Below, in pieces: positions 11,271 to 23,520 of a stretch of DNA of 64,000 bases. Made by a program: the position numbers and the translations under genes. Under the pieces are notes generated by a model that was given only the letters and a program-made list of their open reading frames with translations, did not search any database and was not told the DNA's origin. The stretch lies in the NCBI RefSeq assembly GCF_009914755.1, contig NC_060925.1; one strand, 5' to 3'. The stretch is from the human T2T-CHM13v2.0 reference genome, Homo sapiens. The first letter of the stretch is position 1. Each line of letters begins with the position of its first letter.

Positions 11271-13352
11271 CCTGCCCCCCCGCCACCCATTTTAGATAAG
11301 ATGTCCAGGTAAGGTTGCAATGAGAGGTGACATTTGAGAAAAGGTCTGAAGGAGATGAGGGAGGGAGCCACGTGGGTATCTGAGAGAAGAGGGAACAGGC
11401 CCTGAGGCAGAGCAGGCCTGATAGGTTTGCAGCCAATGTGGCTGGAGATGCATGAGCAAGGGGGAGTGAGGCGACGGACCTGTGTTAGGCAGGGACCCAA
11501 CAGCAACCAGGTGGCACACTGCCAGTGAGATGAGTTCCAAAGAAGTAATTTCAGCTGAAAGAGTGACTGAAGAGCAGTGATTGTCAGAATATTCACGAAG
11601 GTGTGGGCAGGCCATAGTGAGGCAGCAGGGAGTAGCTGCAGGGGGAAGCTTACCTGTCTCTAAACCTTTAGGGGAAGAGAGGGAGCAGGGATCTGGACCT
11701 GGCACAGCCACAGGCTTGAAAGGGAGCACAACTATGGCTGAGCATGGCCTGGACCACGGCAACGCCAGGGAAGGAGGAGAAGGGTGGGCGGAGGTAAGAA
11801 ATATTCAACTCCCTTTCCCTTCTGCCTGCCCATCTCCTGCCAGGGAGGACAAGGCGGGAGCCCAGGTGATGCTGCGTCAGCTCATGCACAGGGTGGGGCA
11901 GGGAGAGCAGAAAGTGGATCTGGAGAGGAAAGTGGAGAATTTCCAGCACAAGGGAGAGAGGTCATAGTGAGGTGGGTGGTGGGCAGGGCCTGTAGAGCCC
12001 TGTGGTCTTTGAAGGCCTGTGGCTTCCTGCTGAGATGTGAAGTCACGGGGAGTCTGGGCAGAAGAACGTGGGGGGAGCTGTGTTGATAATGGAATCTAGG
12101 GAGGCAGGGGTGAAGCAGAGAGGTCCAACTGAAGATGAAGGCAGCTCTGCCCTCCTCCCTTCCCCTCACCACCCCCCCATCGCCCACCCAGTGCCCAGCC
12201 ACAACCCAAGAAGCATGGACTTGGCCTCTAGTACAGCTGTCGCCTGCCCCGTGGACTTGGTGGTGCTGCCCACACCTCCATCTGCCCTGCAGTGGGCTGG
12301 CTGAGCTCTCAGTGCTTTCCTGGGCGGGCATCGGGAAGCCTGACTCACCCTAGCTTTCTTTCCTTCTTTTCTCTGAATGCTTAGTTTCTCCACCCAAAGA
12401 CCACCCTTAAAGATCCTAGTGTTCCTCCTCTGTCCTTCAAGTCATGCCAGGAAATGCTCATAAATCCGGAGCCACCCACATGATGAGATTAGCATTCTGC
12501 TGGGTGGGTAGGGAGGCTGATGGTTGGGACTGGCTGGGGCTGGCCCAGAGGCTTGGGGTCTCCAGGAAAGGAGTTTATGTGGGGTCTGCCCTGTTGGAGG
12601 GCAAAGGGATCCCTTCGATTTTAGCTTTCAGTACAGCTAAGTCCAAGGGCGCTCAGAGATGCATATTCTGGTGCTGTGGGCTCTGACCCAGACCAGCTGT
12701 GAGACCCACTCTCTGGGCCACAGGGTTCCTCTGAAACAGGAGGGTGTGGGAGTACCTCCTAGCTCTGGAAGACCTATTCCAGGAGCCCAACATTTCAGAA
12801 CATTACACCTACCATCCCATGATTTCAACAGTCTATGTTTCCAAATACTTTACATGTGGAGGCTCATTTATTTTTCTTCAGAGCCCTGTGAGGACAGCAT
12901 TATTGAAAACCCAAGGCTCAGAGCAGTAAGTGGCATCCCTTGTTCCCCAGTGATGGGGCTCCATACCCAGGGCCTCCACTCTGCCCAGGCTTAATGCATC
13001 GAGCTCTCTCTGCTTCTGCTGTGAATCTTCTATTTCTATTCTTCAGTAACTACCTTTGATTTCATAAACCGAACACACTCTGTCCATTGAGGAAAATAAT
13101 AAAACATACTGGAAAGTCCCAGAGAATCACCTACACCAACTTATCCTCAGTTATAAAGCTTTGAGCAACTTCAAGGTGATGGAGGAGATGACGGAAGGCA
13201 CGGGTAATTATAATGTGGTAAGTTAATAATAAAACACAGAGGTTGGGGGCCTCAGAGGGGTTTCTGACCCAGCCTGGGAGTCGGTGAGGGAATCACAGGC
13301 TTCAGCTGGGCTGCAAAGATGAGTAGCGTTGAGAAGGAAAGTGTTCACCGCA

Positions 13353-13657
13353 GGCTGTGCATGGTGGCTCACATCTGTAATCCCAGCACTTTGCGGGGCT
13401 GAGGCAGGAGGATGGCCAGAAGTTTGAGACAGGCCTGGGAAACACAGGGAGACCCCATCTCTAAAAACAACAACAACAAAGAGCCAGATATGCTGTCACG
13501 TGCCTGTAGTCCCAGCTACGCAGCAGGCTAAGGTGAGAGGATTGCCTGAGGCCAGGAGTTCAAGGCTGCAGTGAGCTATGATCTTACCACTATACTGCAG
13601 CCTGGGCAACAGAGTGAGATTCTGTCTCAAAAGAAAAAACAAAGAAAGAAAGAAAAA
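13353..13657 (+). mobile_element. AluJ, full length
   Basis: Dimer with AluJ-type gagttcaaggctgcagtgagctatgatc; 16-bp TSD gaaagtgttcaccgca (13337-13352) / gaaagtgttaactgca (13658-13673). Confidence 0.93.
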
Positions 13658-14699
13658 GAAAGTGTTAACTGCAGAATGATATAGAGGAGCATGGTGTGTT
13701 TAAAGACGAGCCAGCAGTCAGGGCTGGAAGACATTCAGTAGTGGAGGGTCTTCAATCTCATGCCATGGACCATGCACTCAACCCAAGCAGCATACATGAC
13801 CCTCTCTACCTGATCTTCAGACAGTAGACAAGTCACCTGTGGAGGCTGGAATGGATGAGAAATCAGAGATGAGCTGACTGAGGCCCATGGAGGGATAATG
13901 GTCTACACGGGAGGCGATCAGTCAGCGGTAGCCGTGGTTACCATTATCACTGTTATTGTTATTAAGCAGCTGCTTCCATTGGTTCGAGGCATGTCATTTT
14001 TATTTTCCCTGCTGTCTCAGACCTGCCCTGCTGACACAGCTGCCTAAACTTCAAAAGGCAAGTCTCCATTTTCATTTGCAAAATCAGTATGAAATTCCTA
14101 GAGGGCCCCTCTAATTCCTCTGGTCTGACCACATAGCAATTACCAATTTGCAGAGGAGGGAGGGGGTCTCACAGGCCCTCCAGCAGTATGGGGACCTCTG
14201 CTCTTCCTTAGTCCTGGGCAGTAGCCAAGGAGGACCGGATTGGAGGGGGCACCTCCAGGTGGCCAGGGATGGAAGGAGAGGAGTTGAGTCTGGGAGTGCT
14301 CAATACTGATGAGAGAAATTGTAACATGCCTCTCTGTTTGTCTGCTAAGCCACCGGTTACCAAGCCTTCAGAGACAAACAGCAGCTGAAAGGGCAGAGAT
14401 CTGACCCAGTTTTAAACCTAGGACCTGCTACATGCAGGCTGTGTGAAGTTCTTATTCTGGCTCTTTGGGGCAGACTCTTCTCTTCTCTTTGCTGCGTCTC
14501 AGCTTACCCATCTGCCAAGTGGGGTGTATATTTGTCCTGCCTGCTTGAGACTAGCATTCTAAAAACCTTGTAAAGCAATATTGCCCTTCCTTAGGACACA
14601 TACCCACACCCACACACACACTTTAAGAAATTTCTGTTCCCTAAGCACCGGGGTGGGTCCCAGTTGCAGGAGGTGTTCTGAAGAGAGGCTGGAATTCTG

Positions 14700-15330
14700 C
14701 ATATGTGGATGAGATTTCCGTTCTCTCTTCAGTCTTCAGTATGGACTAGTGCTAGGCTCTGTGCTGGGTGCCAAGGCCATGGGACCAAATCAGTACCCTG
14801 TCCATCCTTGACAAGCTCAAAGGCAGGGTGGAGCAAGGGAGGAAGTTCCAGGAAGACTTGCGACAAGATCAAGTAACATTCATTAAGGCTGGGGCTAAGG
14901 GATGGACAAGGTGCTGTGAGAGTCCAGCAAATGTGGGGGACCACAAACAGGATTCCCAAAGGAGGTGGCTCTGGCTCTGCAGCAATCCCCTGTGGGGACA
15001 CACATTTGCCACACAGAAGGGAAAGAAAAGGAATTCCAGGCAGTGTCAACAGCCCATGCAGAGGAATGGGGGCTGCGGTGAAGCTGGCATGTTCAGGGCC
15101 GTGTCAGTGACGGCAGGGGCTGGAGTGCAGCCTGTGGCTGGTGGAGGTGGACATGGGATAGACCCAGAGCAGGGAGTCGAGGTGGATCTGGAGCTCAGAC
15201 TTTACTCTACGGACAATGGGATGCCACTGAATTTATTAAGGAGGGAGTGATCATCAGGCTTTCTCTTTAGAAGCTGCCCCTGGCTGCTGTGTGGAGAAAG
15301 GCTTTGAGGACACTGACTGTAGCAGGAGAC
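14700..15330 (-). mobile_element. Old L2 fragment
   Basis: ctaggctctgtgctgggtgcc..., gactttactctacggacaatgggatgccactgaattt, gcccctggctgctgtgtggaga. Confidence 0.55.
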
Positions 15331-16708
15331 ATTCTTGGCTCTGGACAAGGAGAGGTGAGAAGGCCCCACTTGGGCCCCAGGGGCTTTGGGGAGGCATGGA
15401 GGAAGGGAGGGGCAGATTAGAATTCCAAATCTTTCCTGGCTTGCATGTTTTAGAACTCTCCAACTCAGGGCTCTGAGGCTTTCCTATTGCCCATTACTGC
15501 CCCCGCTCTCCTTCCCCGACTTTTGAATCTGGGCCCTCCCCACTCCCTTCCCTTTTAGGAATCCTTGAGCCCCACTTGAGGGAGCGGTTGGACAAATGCA
15601 GATGAGACCCAGAATGGCCGGAAGAAAAGAAGACTGCGTGGGACCCGCCTGGGACTCTGTGGTGCTGACAGTCCAGGGAACAGATACTCCTCCCAGGGTG
15701 CATCAAAGGAGACAGCTGCGCAGAACTTGGCCTCACAGACAAAACTAAAATGCAGTGCCAACTTCTGCTTTTTGCCTGTCTGAAGTCACAGGAGACACTT
15801 CCTGGCAACAGGATGGGAACACTGGAGACTCTGGCACTGCAAGAGACGGTCAGGCGAGGGAGGGTCCTTAGATCCTGCATGGGGCTTCTCGTTGTGCAGA
15901 GAGAACACTGAGCCCCAGAGAGGGCAGCAAAGTGCCCAAGGTCACACAGCAAGCCAGGGGATGCAGAATAAGGCAAGAACAAGGGATCGGTCTGCTTCAT
16001 TTGGGCAGCTCGGGTCTCCTATGCTCCCTTATCCCCTCCTTCCCCCTACCACAGAAAGGGAAAATGTTTTTAGACCCAAGGCAAAAGAATGTGAAACTGA
16101 AATCTGAGCCTTGGGTCTTGGGAAAAGAACACAGAGAAGTCAGACACATTCTGGATGAGCACAGATCTGCTTACACTGCAGATGGGAAATACTCAGGGCT
16201 ATCCAAGGCCTCCTTGTTGTGCAGGTCTGACCTGGGAGGGCGGGCTGTATGTGAGGCGATGAGAGCAGACAGGGGCCCTTGAAGGAGCAGGTTAAAGGGG
16301 CCAGTCTGCTTCCAGGATCCACCTTGGGCAGAGGGAGGACTGCTCCAGCCTTTTAGCTCCCTGCCCAGAATCTTCTCAAGGAGCCTCAGGCTCATGCAGG
16401 CATTCCAGCATGGACCTGCCACCAGGGACCCACCAGGTCAGAAACAGGGGTCCCTGCTGGCCACCACTTGTCCACAGCCCAAGCATCCATCCTGCCCCAC
16501 CTGGAAGCTCACCTCCTCCAAGAAGGCCTTCCCTTCTGCTCCAGCCTTTATTTGTCTTCCTCTTGTGTGAGCTCCTGCAACCGGGAAGCACAGCTGCAGG
16601 CCAGAGCTTCTTTCAACCTGGAGTGTCTGGGGCTCCAAGTGACTGAGGGTTGTGTAAGAATGTGTGTGCACACATGTGTGGGCAAGAGAGAGGTAGAGAT
16701 GGTGACAG

Positions 16709-16738
<30 letters not shown>
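16709..16738. repeat. (AGAT)n tetranucleotide STR
   Basis: About 7 copies of agat. Confidence 0.9.
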
Positions 16739-16739
<1 letters not shown>

Positions 16740-17259
16740 AATAGAGTCAGGAGTGTGGACTGTGCTTTGTGTTATCCCAGCCATCAAGAGACCCAACCAC
16801 AGACTTATATTCACACATGTAACAAGCATATGTGTTTGTTCTTGGTCAGGTGCTGTGCGGGGGTCCTGGGGAGACTGAGATTAATGGGACTTGGTTCCCT
16901 CCTTCCTGACACCAAGGAGCCCCATCAATCATTCTCCATGGTCTGGTCTTAGACTGACTTGCCAGGCCCTTTGTGATCTGGTCTGGCTGTTTTTGTGTCT
17001 TCAGCCTCACCCCCTTCCCCTCTCTCTCTTTTACTTTTACTTCTTGCTGCTGGAGGGCATGCACACAGTGATCTCAGGCCCTGGGGCCCGGGGTCTGGGC
17101 TGCATCTTGAATCCTGAGCAGCCCTGACCTGAGGTAGGGCCCACTGGTCTTGGCCTAATGGGGAAAGGGCATGCTGTGTGTGGGTGAGACCACGGCACTC
17201 TCCCAGGCTTAAATTCCCCATGGCTCCCCTCTGCCCTGGGAATAACCATGAACTTCTTC

Positions 17260-17640
17260 AACATGGACTCTCAGAAGTACTTGGCAGGGACCTGTCTGTC
17301 TCTCTGGACTCCTCCTGCTCCCTAACCTCCTTGCTTTGGGTTTTTACTGCCTTCATGTGCCGCCCATATAGTTTTTTTGAATGTGCAATTTGTTTCCTGC
17401 TTCAGGACCTTTGCACATGCTGGTCCTTCTGCCCGGTATGCCATTCCCATCATCTCTCCCCTTTGCCTCCTTAACTTGTAATATTTCAGACAGTTGCTCA
17501 AGTACCACCTCCTGCACACTCCTTCCCTGATCCCCCAGATCCACTCAGGGGCCCCTGTTTGAAGCTCTCCTACACCCTGGACTCTTTATTCAGAGTACTT
17601 ATAATGGTTTGTCTTTATATACTTATGAGGTTAATCATTT
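17260..17640 (+). mobile_element. L2 fragment
   Basis: ttcctgcttcaggacctttgcacatgctggtccttctgccc. Confidence 0.6.
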
Positions 17641-18809
17641 GTTCCATGACAGGGAGTATGTGAAGTTTGTCACAAGTATTTCATTCAAATCCTGCCAACT
17701 CTGTGAGGTGGTTCTCAATTTTATCCCTATTTTGCTGGTGAGACAAAGGAGGCACAGAGAGGTTAAGTGACTTTCCTGAGGTCACACAGCAAGTAAGTGG
17801 TGGATGAATGAAAATAGTCTAGCAATTTTAGCCATGTGCCAAACAGTCATCTACCGACTTCTCTGCAGATGTAACGAGAGTGGGGGCTATGTCAGCTTTA
17901 CTCATTCTCGTATCCCAGTACCTAGTCCAGGACCTGCCATTTGTAGCCACTCACTAAAGGGAAAAAGGGAATGGAGGAAGGAAGTGGGAAGGAAGGAAGG
18001 AGGGGAGGAGTGGCTGGTGTGCCAGCTGTTAGAGAGATATCCTTGAGCAGCCTTTCCTAGAGGGGCGGCCTCCAGAGGCCATGTTTTCCATCCCCCCCAA
18101 CACCCCTGCCCCAGCTCCTGGATCCAGGAGAGCCAGTGTTCAAAACCAGTCAGTGTGCTTTCTCAAAAGAGGATGGAAGGAGCACACTGGGAACCCAGAT
18201 GTGAACCAGAGCACTCCCATCTGGGTTCCCAGTGTGAAGCCAGGGCAAAAGCAACAGAACCTCGGGATTGGGGGCCCTGAAACGGTGCGTCCAGGGGTCC
18301 TCAGCTGTGGAACCTCCCTTTTCAAAATACCTCCCCTTCCCTCTACCTCCAACTCCCACCTCATCTCCTTGGGGAACATGCCTCAGCTACAGGGAGAGAC
18401 ATGTCAGTGTAGTGACAGGGAGCTCATCACCTGCCTGGCTGCTCCATGCCCTCTCGGGGCACGGATGTCGGCTGTGAAGAGGACCTTCCGTCTCTGGTCC
18501 TGAAATCTGTCCCCAGGAGGCTTCATCTCTGCTGGGGGAGCCCAACTCCACCCAGCCTGCTCCCAGGACTGATATCTGCTCCTCTAGGGATGAGGGCCCA
18601 GTCCCTTCACGGGCTCCTCGCAGGACATGCAAGGAGGCCTCACTGCTCTCTCTTGTGGCCAGACTCCCACCATCCCCAGCCACACCCAGACCGAAGCTGT
18701 CCAGAGCCGCTCTCAGGGGCCGTGGGCCCAGGAGCAGGCCTGGGAGGTCAGCAAGCCTGGGAGGCTTCCACCCCAGCTCCTCCACCCCCGTTTGAAGGGG
18801 ATCAGGTTC

Positions 18810-19020
18810 CCCCACAAACATAATTGAACGAAAATATGAGAGAGAAAAGGTCTTTGTTCTCCCATTTACAGCGTCAGAAAATATGTAACAAATTAGCCGT
18901 TTATGAGGTAAGAGAGCAGGGCTGTGTGCCGCCGCGGCGAGGCAGGGCTGCGCATAAGGGGGCCTTTCAGCCGGCTTCAGGGGGCGGCCAGGCGGGCAGG
19001 CGTTGCGGGGGACCGGCTCT
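18810..19020. promoter_or_regulatory. Candidate enhancer with a small CpG-rich patch
   Basis: No recognisable repeat; TAATTG, CTTTGTT and TTTATGA motifs followed by about 11 CpG in ~90 bp. Confidence 0.45.
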
Positions 19021-20859
19021 GCCCCAGGCCTGCCAGTATGGCCTGGCACCCATGGGATGGAGGGCTGGGAGGCCCTGGTTGACCTCTGGCTTGGACTCTG
19101 GGTGAGGCTTGGCAAATGGGGACGTGATGCCCACCAGCTCATGATGCACACAGCTCTTGGAAGTCAGATGGCCAGGATGGGGAGTGGGGACCACAGGGCT
19201 TGGCTCCCAAACATGCCACTCACCTGGTCCCCTGAGTAACCCCGAGTCCTTCTTCTCCTTCTTGGGACCTGTTTTGCCATCTCTGACAGGAGTGGGGTGT
19301 TCACAATGATATCTAATAGTTTGTCCAATGCTCTTGGGGCACCAGTGTCCAACTGCACGGACTTCAATATCTTCCCTGCTGGTTTCTCTGAAACTTAGGA
19401 GCTGGGAGGTGGTTCTTGGTATTACACATGACTTTCCTCTCAAACACCTTTGATTTCTCTTCCAAGGTTTGATGAAGAGTTCCAGCGGAAGCATCAGCCA
19501 GTCATTAATTCCAGGGGAGGGTGCACGTGGAACCAGAAGGGGTGGCTGGCCAGGCAGGAGGCTGTCCCTCACCAGGGAGAGGAAAGAGCGCTCCTCTCTC
19601 CAGCCTTGCTGTGGCCTTTAACTTGCTTCACTGGGTGTCCAGAATCACAGGCGGGTGGAATGACAGCAGTTTGAATGACACCTGGTAGGCAGACAGTTTG
19701 GTATTGAAGTGCTGGGATTTCACATCCTCTGGGTTGTCTCGCTGTGGCTCCGATGCCTTTGACGTGAACAGCTCACAAGTCCATCACTCGCATTCTGTGG
19801 CGTCTGGCCATCTCCCAATTTGGAGTTTCTGATTCTGTGGTTAGACCTTATGTTTCCAGGGCCTGGGCTTTTCATTCTTTCTAATTTTTTAAAAATGTAT
19901 GATTATTGTCTAGAGACATTATTTTTAAAAAGTATAAACCATCCCAGTGCTGACAAGCCTGTTGTGGGGAGGACTCAGCGTGATAAGGCATCTCAGGGTG
20001 CTGGCATTTAGCCTCCAATACAATCTAGCAGGGCTAGGGCACAGGGCCAGCGGCCACCCTGCAGGCTCACAGGGACAGGATTCCGCTCTGCAGTTAGCCC
20101 CAAGGATGGGACTCTCCAGCACTTTTCCCTCCAGTCGCTCCAGGGCGGGAGGATCACGGCCCATGCCAGTGGAGTGTAAGGAACCCCCTGGAAAAGGGGG
20201 GCGCTTGAATATCCTGAGTGTTTGGTCTGCAGTCACCAACACATCGCTTTCCTGGATCTGATTTTATTTATTTTGATTGGATCTTTAACAGCTCTTTACA
20301 AGGCTGAAACCGAAGCCGCCTGAGGTCCCCAGGAGGCTTGCTAAAACTTCAACTGCACCCAGTTTAGCAGAGCAACTTGAAAGTTAATCAGCGGTGAGGG
20401 ACAATTTGCCTCATTATTTCCAGCCCTGGAATTTGGCGGCAGATGGAATTTGGGGCCTGGTGTGGACACGGCAATGAACACAGCAAGGACTGTCGCCCCT
20501 TGGTATGGCCTTGTGGGGTCTGGGCCTGGATGGGCTGATACTCCCTCTGAAGACGGGCGGTGCCGGGAAGGATTTCCCACTTGAGAGAACAAGGGCAATC
20601 AGGCTGCCCTATCTCAGGTCCAGGCCAGTGTGGAGTAATCCTTAGATACACAGTTCTGAGCACGTATTCGGGCTGAACCCTGCACTGGATTCTGGGGAAA
20701 CAAGAGTGGAATCCGATACAGTTGCATCCAATATAGGACGCAGACCAGAGACACTGGGGTAAATTCTCACAGGAGAGGAACACCTGTGGCTGGCACCTTC
20801 TGCATGAATCTGCGAAAAACAAATCTGCCCCACTTGCCCTCACTTTCTCAATAAGGTCC

Positions 20860-21130
20860 ACTCAGACCCTTGACTTTAATGTTAACCCCCTCCCAGGCAC
20901 TCCCACCTCCACACTCTGCCATACTCTCCACAGCACATAGCACTGACCACCTTCTAACACACTATGTTAGTTCCTCACTTATCATGTTTATTGTTTATCA
21001 CATCACCTTCCACAGGAAGGTAAGACCCTCCTTCCATGAGGGCAGGAATGTTTGTTTTGTTCATTAGTCTATCTCCAGCCCCAGCACATATGATGCACTC
21101 AATAAATGTCGTGTGAACAAATGAATGAAC
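20860..21130 (+). mobile_element. L2 3' end
   Basis: ccatgagggcaggaatgtttgttttgttc...ctcaataaatgtcgtgtgaacaaatgaatgaa. Confidence 0.8.
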
Positions 21131-21660
21131 TGTGTGGCCTTTTATTACCTGTTACCAGTCCCAGGCCCTCCTATGTAAGTCCAGTCCCCCTGAGCCTCCA
21201 TCCTTTCAGCAGCAGGGTGCTGGTGCCTAGGGAGAAGGCAAGGTGGTGCTTACACAGCAAGTGAAATTGCTTACTTTACAGAAAAGCTCAAAGAGGGGCA
21301 GGGGCCTGTCCAAGGTCACACAGCACGAGAACACATGTTTAGACAGACCGTGGGATATGCCTGGGCCTGGCCTACCTCAAGCTTGGTGAGGTACCAGGAA
21401 AATGCGCCTAAAAGGAAGAAGTGGAAGCTCTCAGTGAGGTCAGCAGCGGTGGGCAGGGCTAGGGCCCCTGGCTACCGGGGCATCCTTTCCCACCCTGCTT
21501 TTTTCCCCAGCCAGCCCTATGCCCTCACTGCTTCCAGCACCCTGTGTCCTGTGACTCAAGGGCCCACTTTCCCCTGTTGGTCTCATGTCCGTCCTCCATC
21601 AACAGGTGGGAATAGCAACGTTAAGGCAACAGATACCATTTATTCAATACTGAGAAGTTC

Positions 21661-21661
21661 A

Positions 21662-21703
<42 letters not shown>
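21661..21703. repeat. (CA)n microsatellite
   Basis: Read directly. Confidence 0.95.
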
Positions 21704-21708
<5 letters not shown>

Positions 21709-22874
21709 CTTACTTACTCTTCCCATAATCCATGAAGGAATTATTATTTCAGTTTTTAAAATAATAAGACTATGGCTCAGAGAGGCTGAACAAGTTGCCA
21801 AGGTCACTCAGGTAGTAGCAGGAAGTTCTGACCTCAAAGAGTTCTTTCCTTCCTCCTGGACGTTTGGACACCCACCGTCCTTGCATCCTCTGGGCATCTG
21901 TGTATCGTGATGGTGCCCCTGTCTGGGTTCCCCTCCCCTTGATGCTGTCTTGCAGACCGCTCCCTGCAACATGAGCACAGGCTCTCACCCTCTGAGCTGA
22001 AACGGCCTCCTGTTTCTCCCAGTAGTGTTCCAGAAATGCCAGGGCATCATTTTCACATGATGGTGCTACAGAGGCAGCAAGCCAGTCAGTGGCACCCACC
22101 AGTGGCTGTTCTGTATAAGGCTCTGTGCTATGGAGTCTTGAGAGGTGGACAGAGAAACATATTAGCAGTCAGAGGCCCTGGGTTCAAGTCCCCCTGAACA
22201 TGGTTAGGGACAATCAATTCACCTCTCTGAGTGTTCCATGTTCTCATCTGAAAAAATGGATATAAGAAATCCCAGGACTGTTTGAGGAATGGTAGGGGCC
22301 CACAGGAGTCTGACTCAGCTACAGGACTTGGCTGTGGGAGCAGAAATGAATAGCCCCAAATATCAGGACTGGAAGGAACCCGATTGTTTCTCCAGGGCGG
22401 GAGTTGCCCTGGCAATGCCCCTGACAGGCAGATGCTCAGGGCTGTGCCATGCCTCTGTGGCAGGAGCTCAGTATCCCCAAAGCAGCCTGCCACATCCTTG
22501 GACCACTCCCACATCTAGAATGCTTTTCACACTGAGCTTGACCCTGCCTGCCTGCCTCAGTCCAGCCCAGTAGCCCCTTAGAACTTGTCTGCACCCTGTG
22601 ATCCTGCAAAGGCCTGCAGAGATTTAGGGCAGCAACCACCAGTGTCAGCCAGTCCTTCTCCAGCATGGATTCCAGGATGCCCCTCAACCCTGGTCACCCT
22701 CTTTGTACACCCTTCAGGCTGTCATCATCCCTCTTCAAAAGCAGCAGATGCAGACATTTGAGGAAAAAAATTATTCTACAGGGGGTGGAACAATGAGGCA
22801 CTGCTGATTAACTCTCAGCCAACCAGAAAATGTAACTGCCTACCCCTGGAGCACTGGGTAATGTGTTCTCTCGT

Positions 22875-23066
22875 AGACATTCACACAGAGACGTGCACAA
22901 ACACGTGCATGCACACACTCTCAGTCATATTCATACTCTAAAACACACCACTGACATCTTACACAAAGGTACGTTTCATGTACAGACACAAATAGATGCA
23001 CACAGACCTCTAGGCACATGTGTGTACATGTACACACACACACACACACACACAAACACACATACA
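22875..23066. repeat. CA-rich low-complexity region ending in (CA)n
   Basis: Read directly. Confidence 0.8.
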
Positions 23067-23369
23067 CTCCTCCAGTGGAGATTCAGCTCACCCCCGAGGC
23101 CTGACCGATCCACTACACATTGCTTTGGGCTCTCTTCCTCCTTCCCACACATCTGTGGGCTCACTGTCGGGAAAGAACTCTCCACCTTTCTACTCTGGGC
23201 ATCTATAAGTCCCAGAAATTAGGCCCCTGCCTGGTTTTTAGGTTCTGGAGTGAAGTGCAGATACCACCTCAACTATCTTGGGACTCAAACAGGCTTTTCA
23301 GTACAGTGCCTGCTGAGCTCTGAGCTTCCCTGTCACAGGGGTGATGAGGGGAGGGGGGCAGGTAGAGAA

Positions 23370-23520
23370 TCAGGCTGTGGAATCAAATTCTGGCTTTGCC
23401 ACTTGCTCACTCTGTGACTCTGGGCCAGTCCCTTGACCTCACTGATGGCATTTTCTCATCTGTAAAATGGGGATGTCTTTCTTGCAGGGTTGCTGTGAAA
23501 GTTGGAGCTAACATACATAC
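23370..23520 (+). mobile_element. MIR SINE
   Basis: gccacttgctcactctgtgactctgggcc...ttctcatctgtaaaatgggga. Confidence 0.75.

Larger units (their letters stand above)
10824..11540 (-). mobile_element. L2 fragment interrupted by a microsatellite and an Alu fragment
   Basis: cattcattgaacaaatatttattgagcac..., later ggtgacatttgagaaaaggtctgaagg. Confidence 0.75.

Noticed and set aside
18387-19572. Longest ORFs (254 aa and 201 aa, minus strand)
   Set aside because: No recognisable domain; Pro/Gly/Arg-rich as expected for chance ORFs in GC-rich DNA; no exon-like boundaries.
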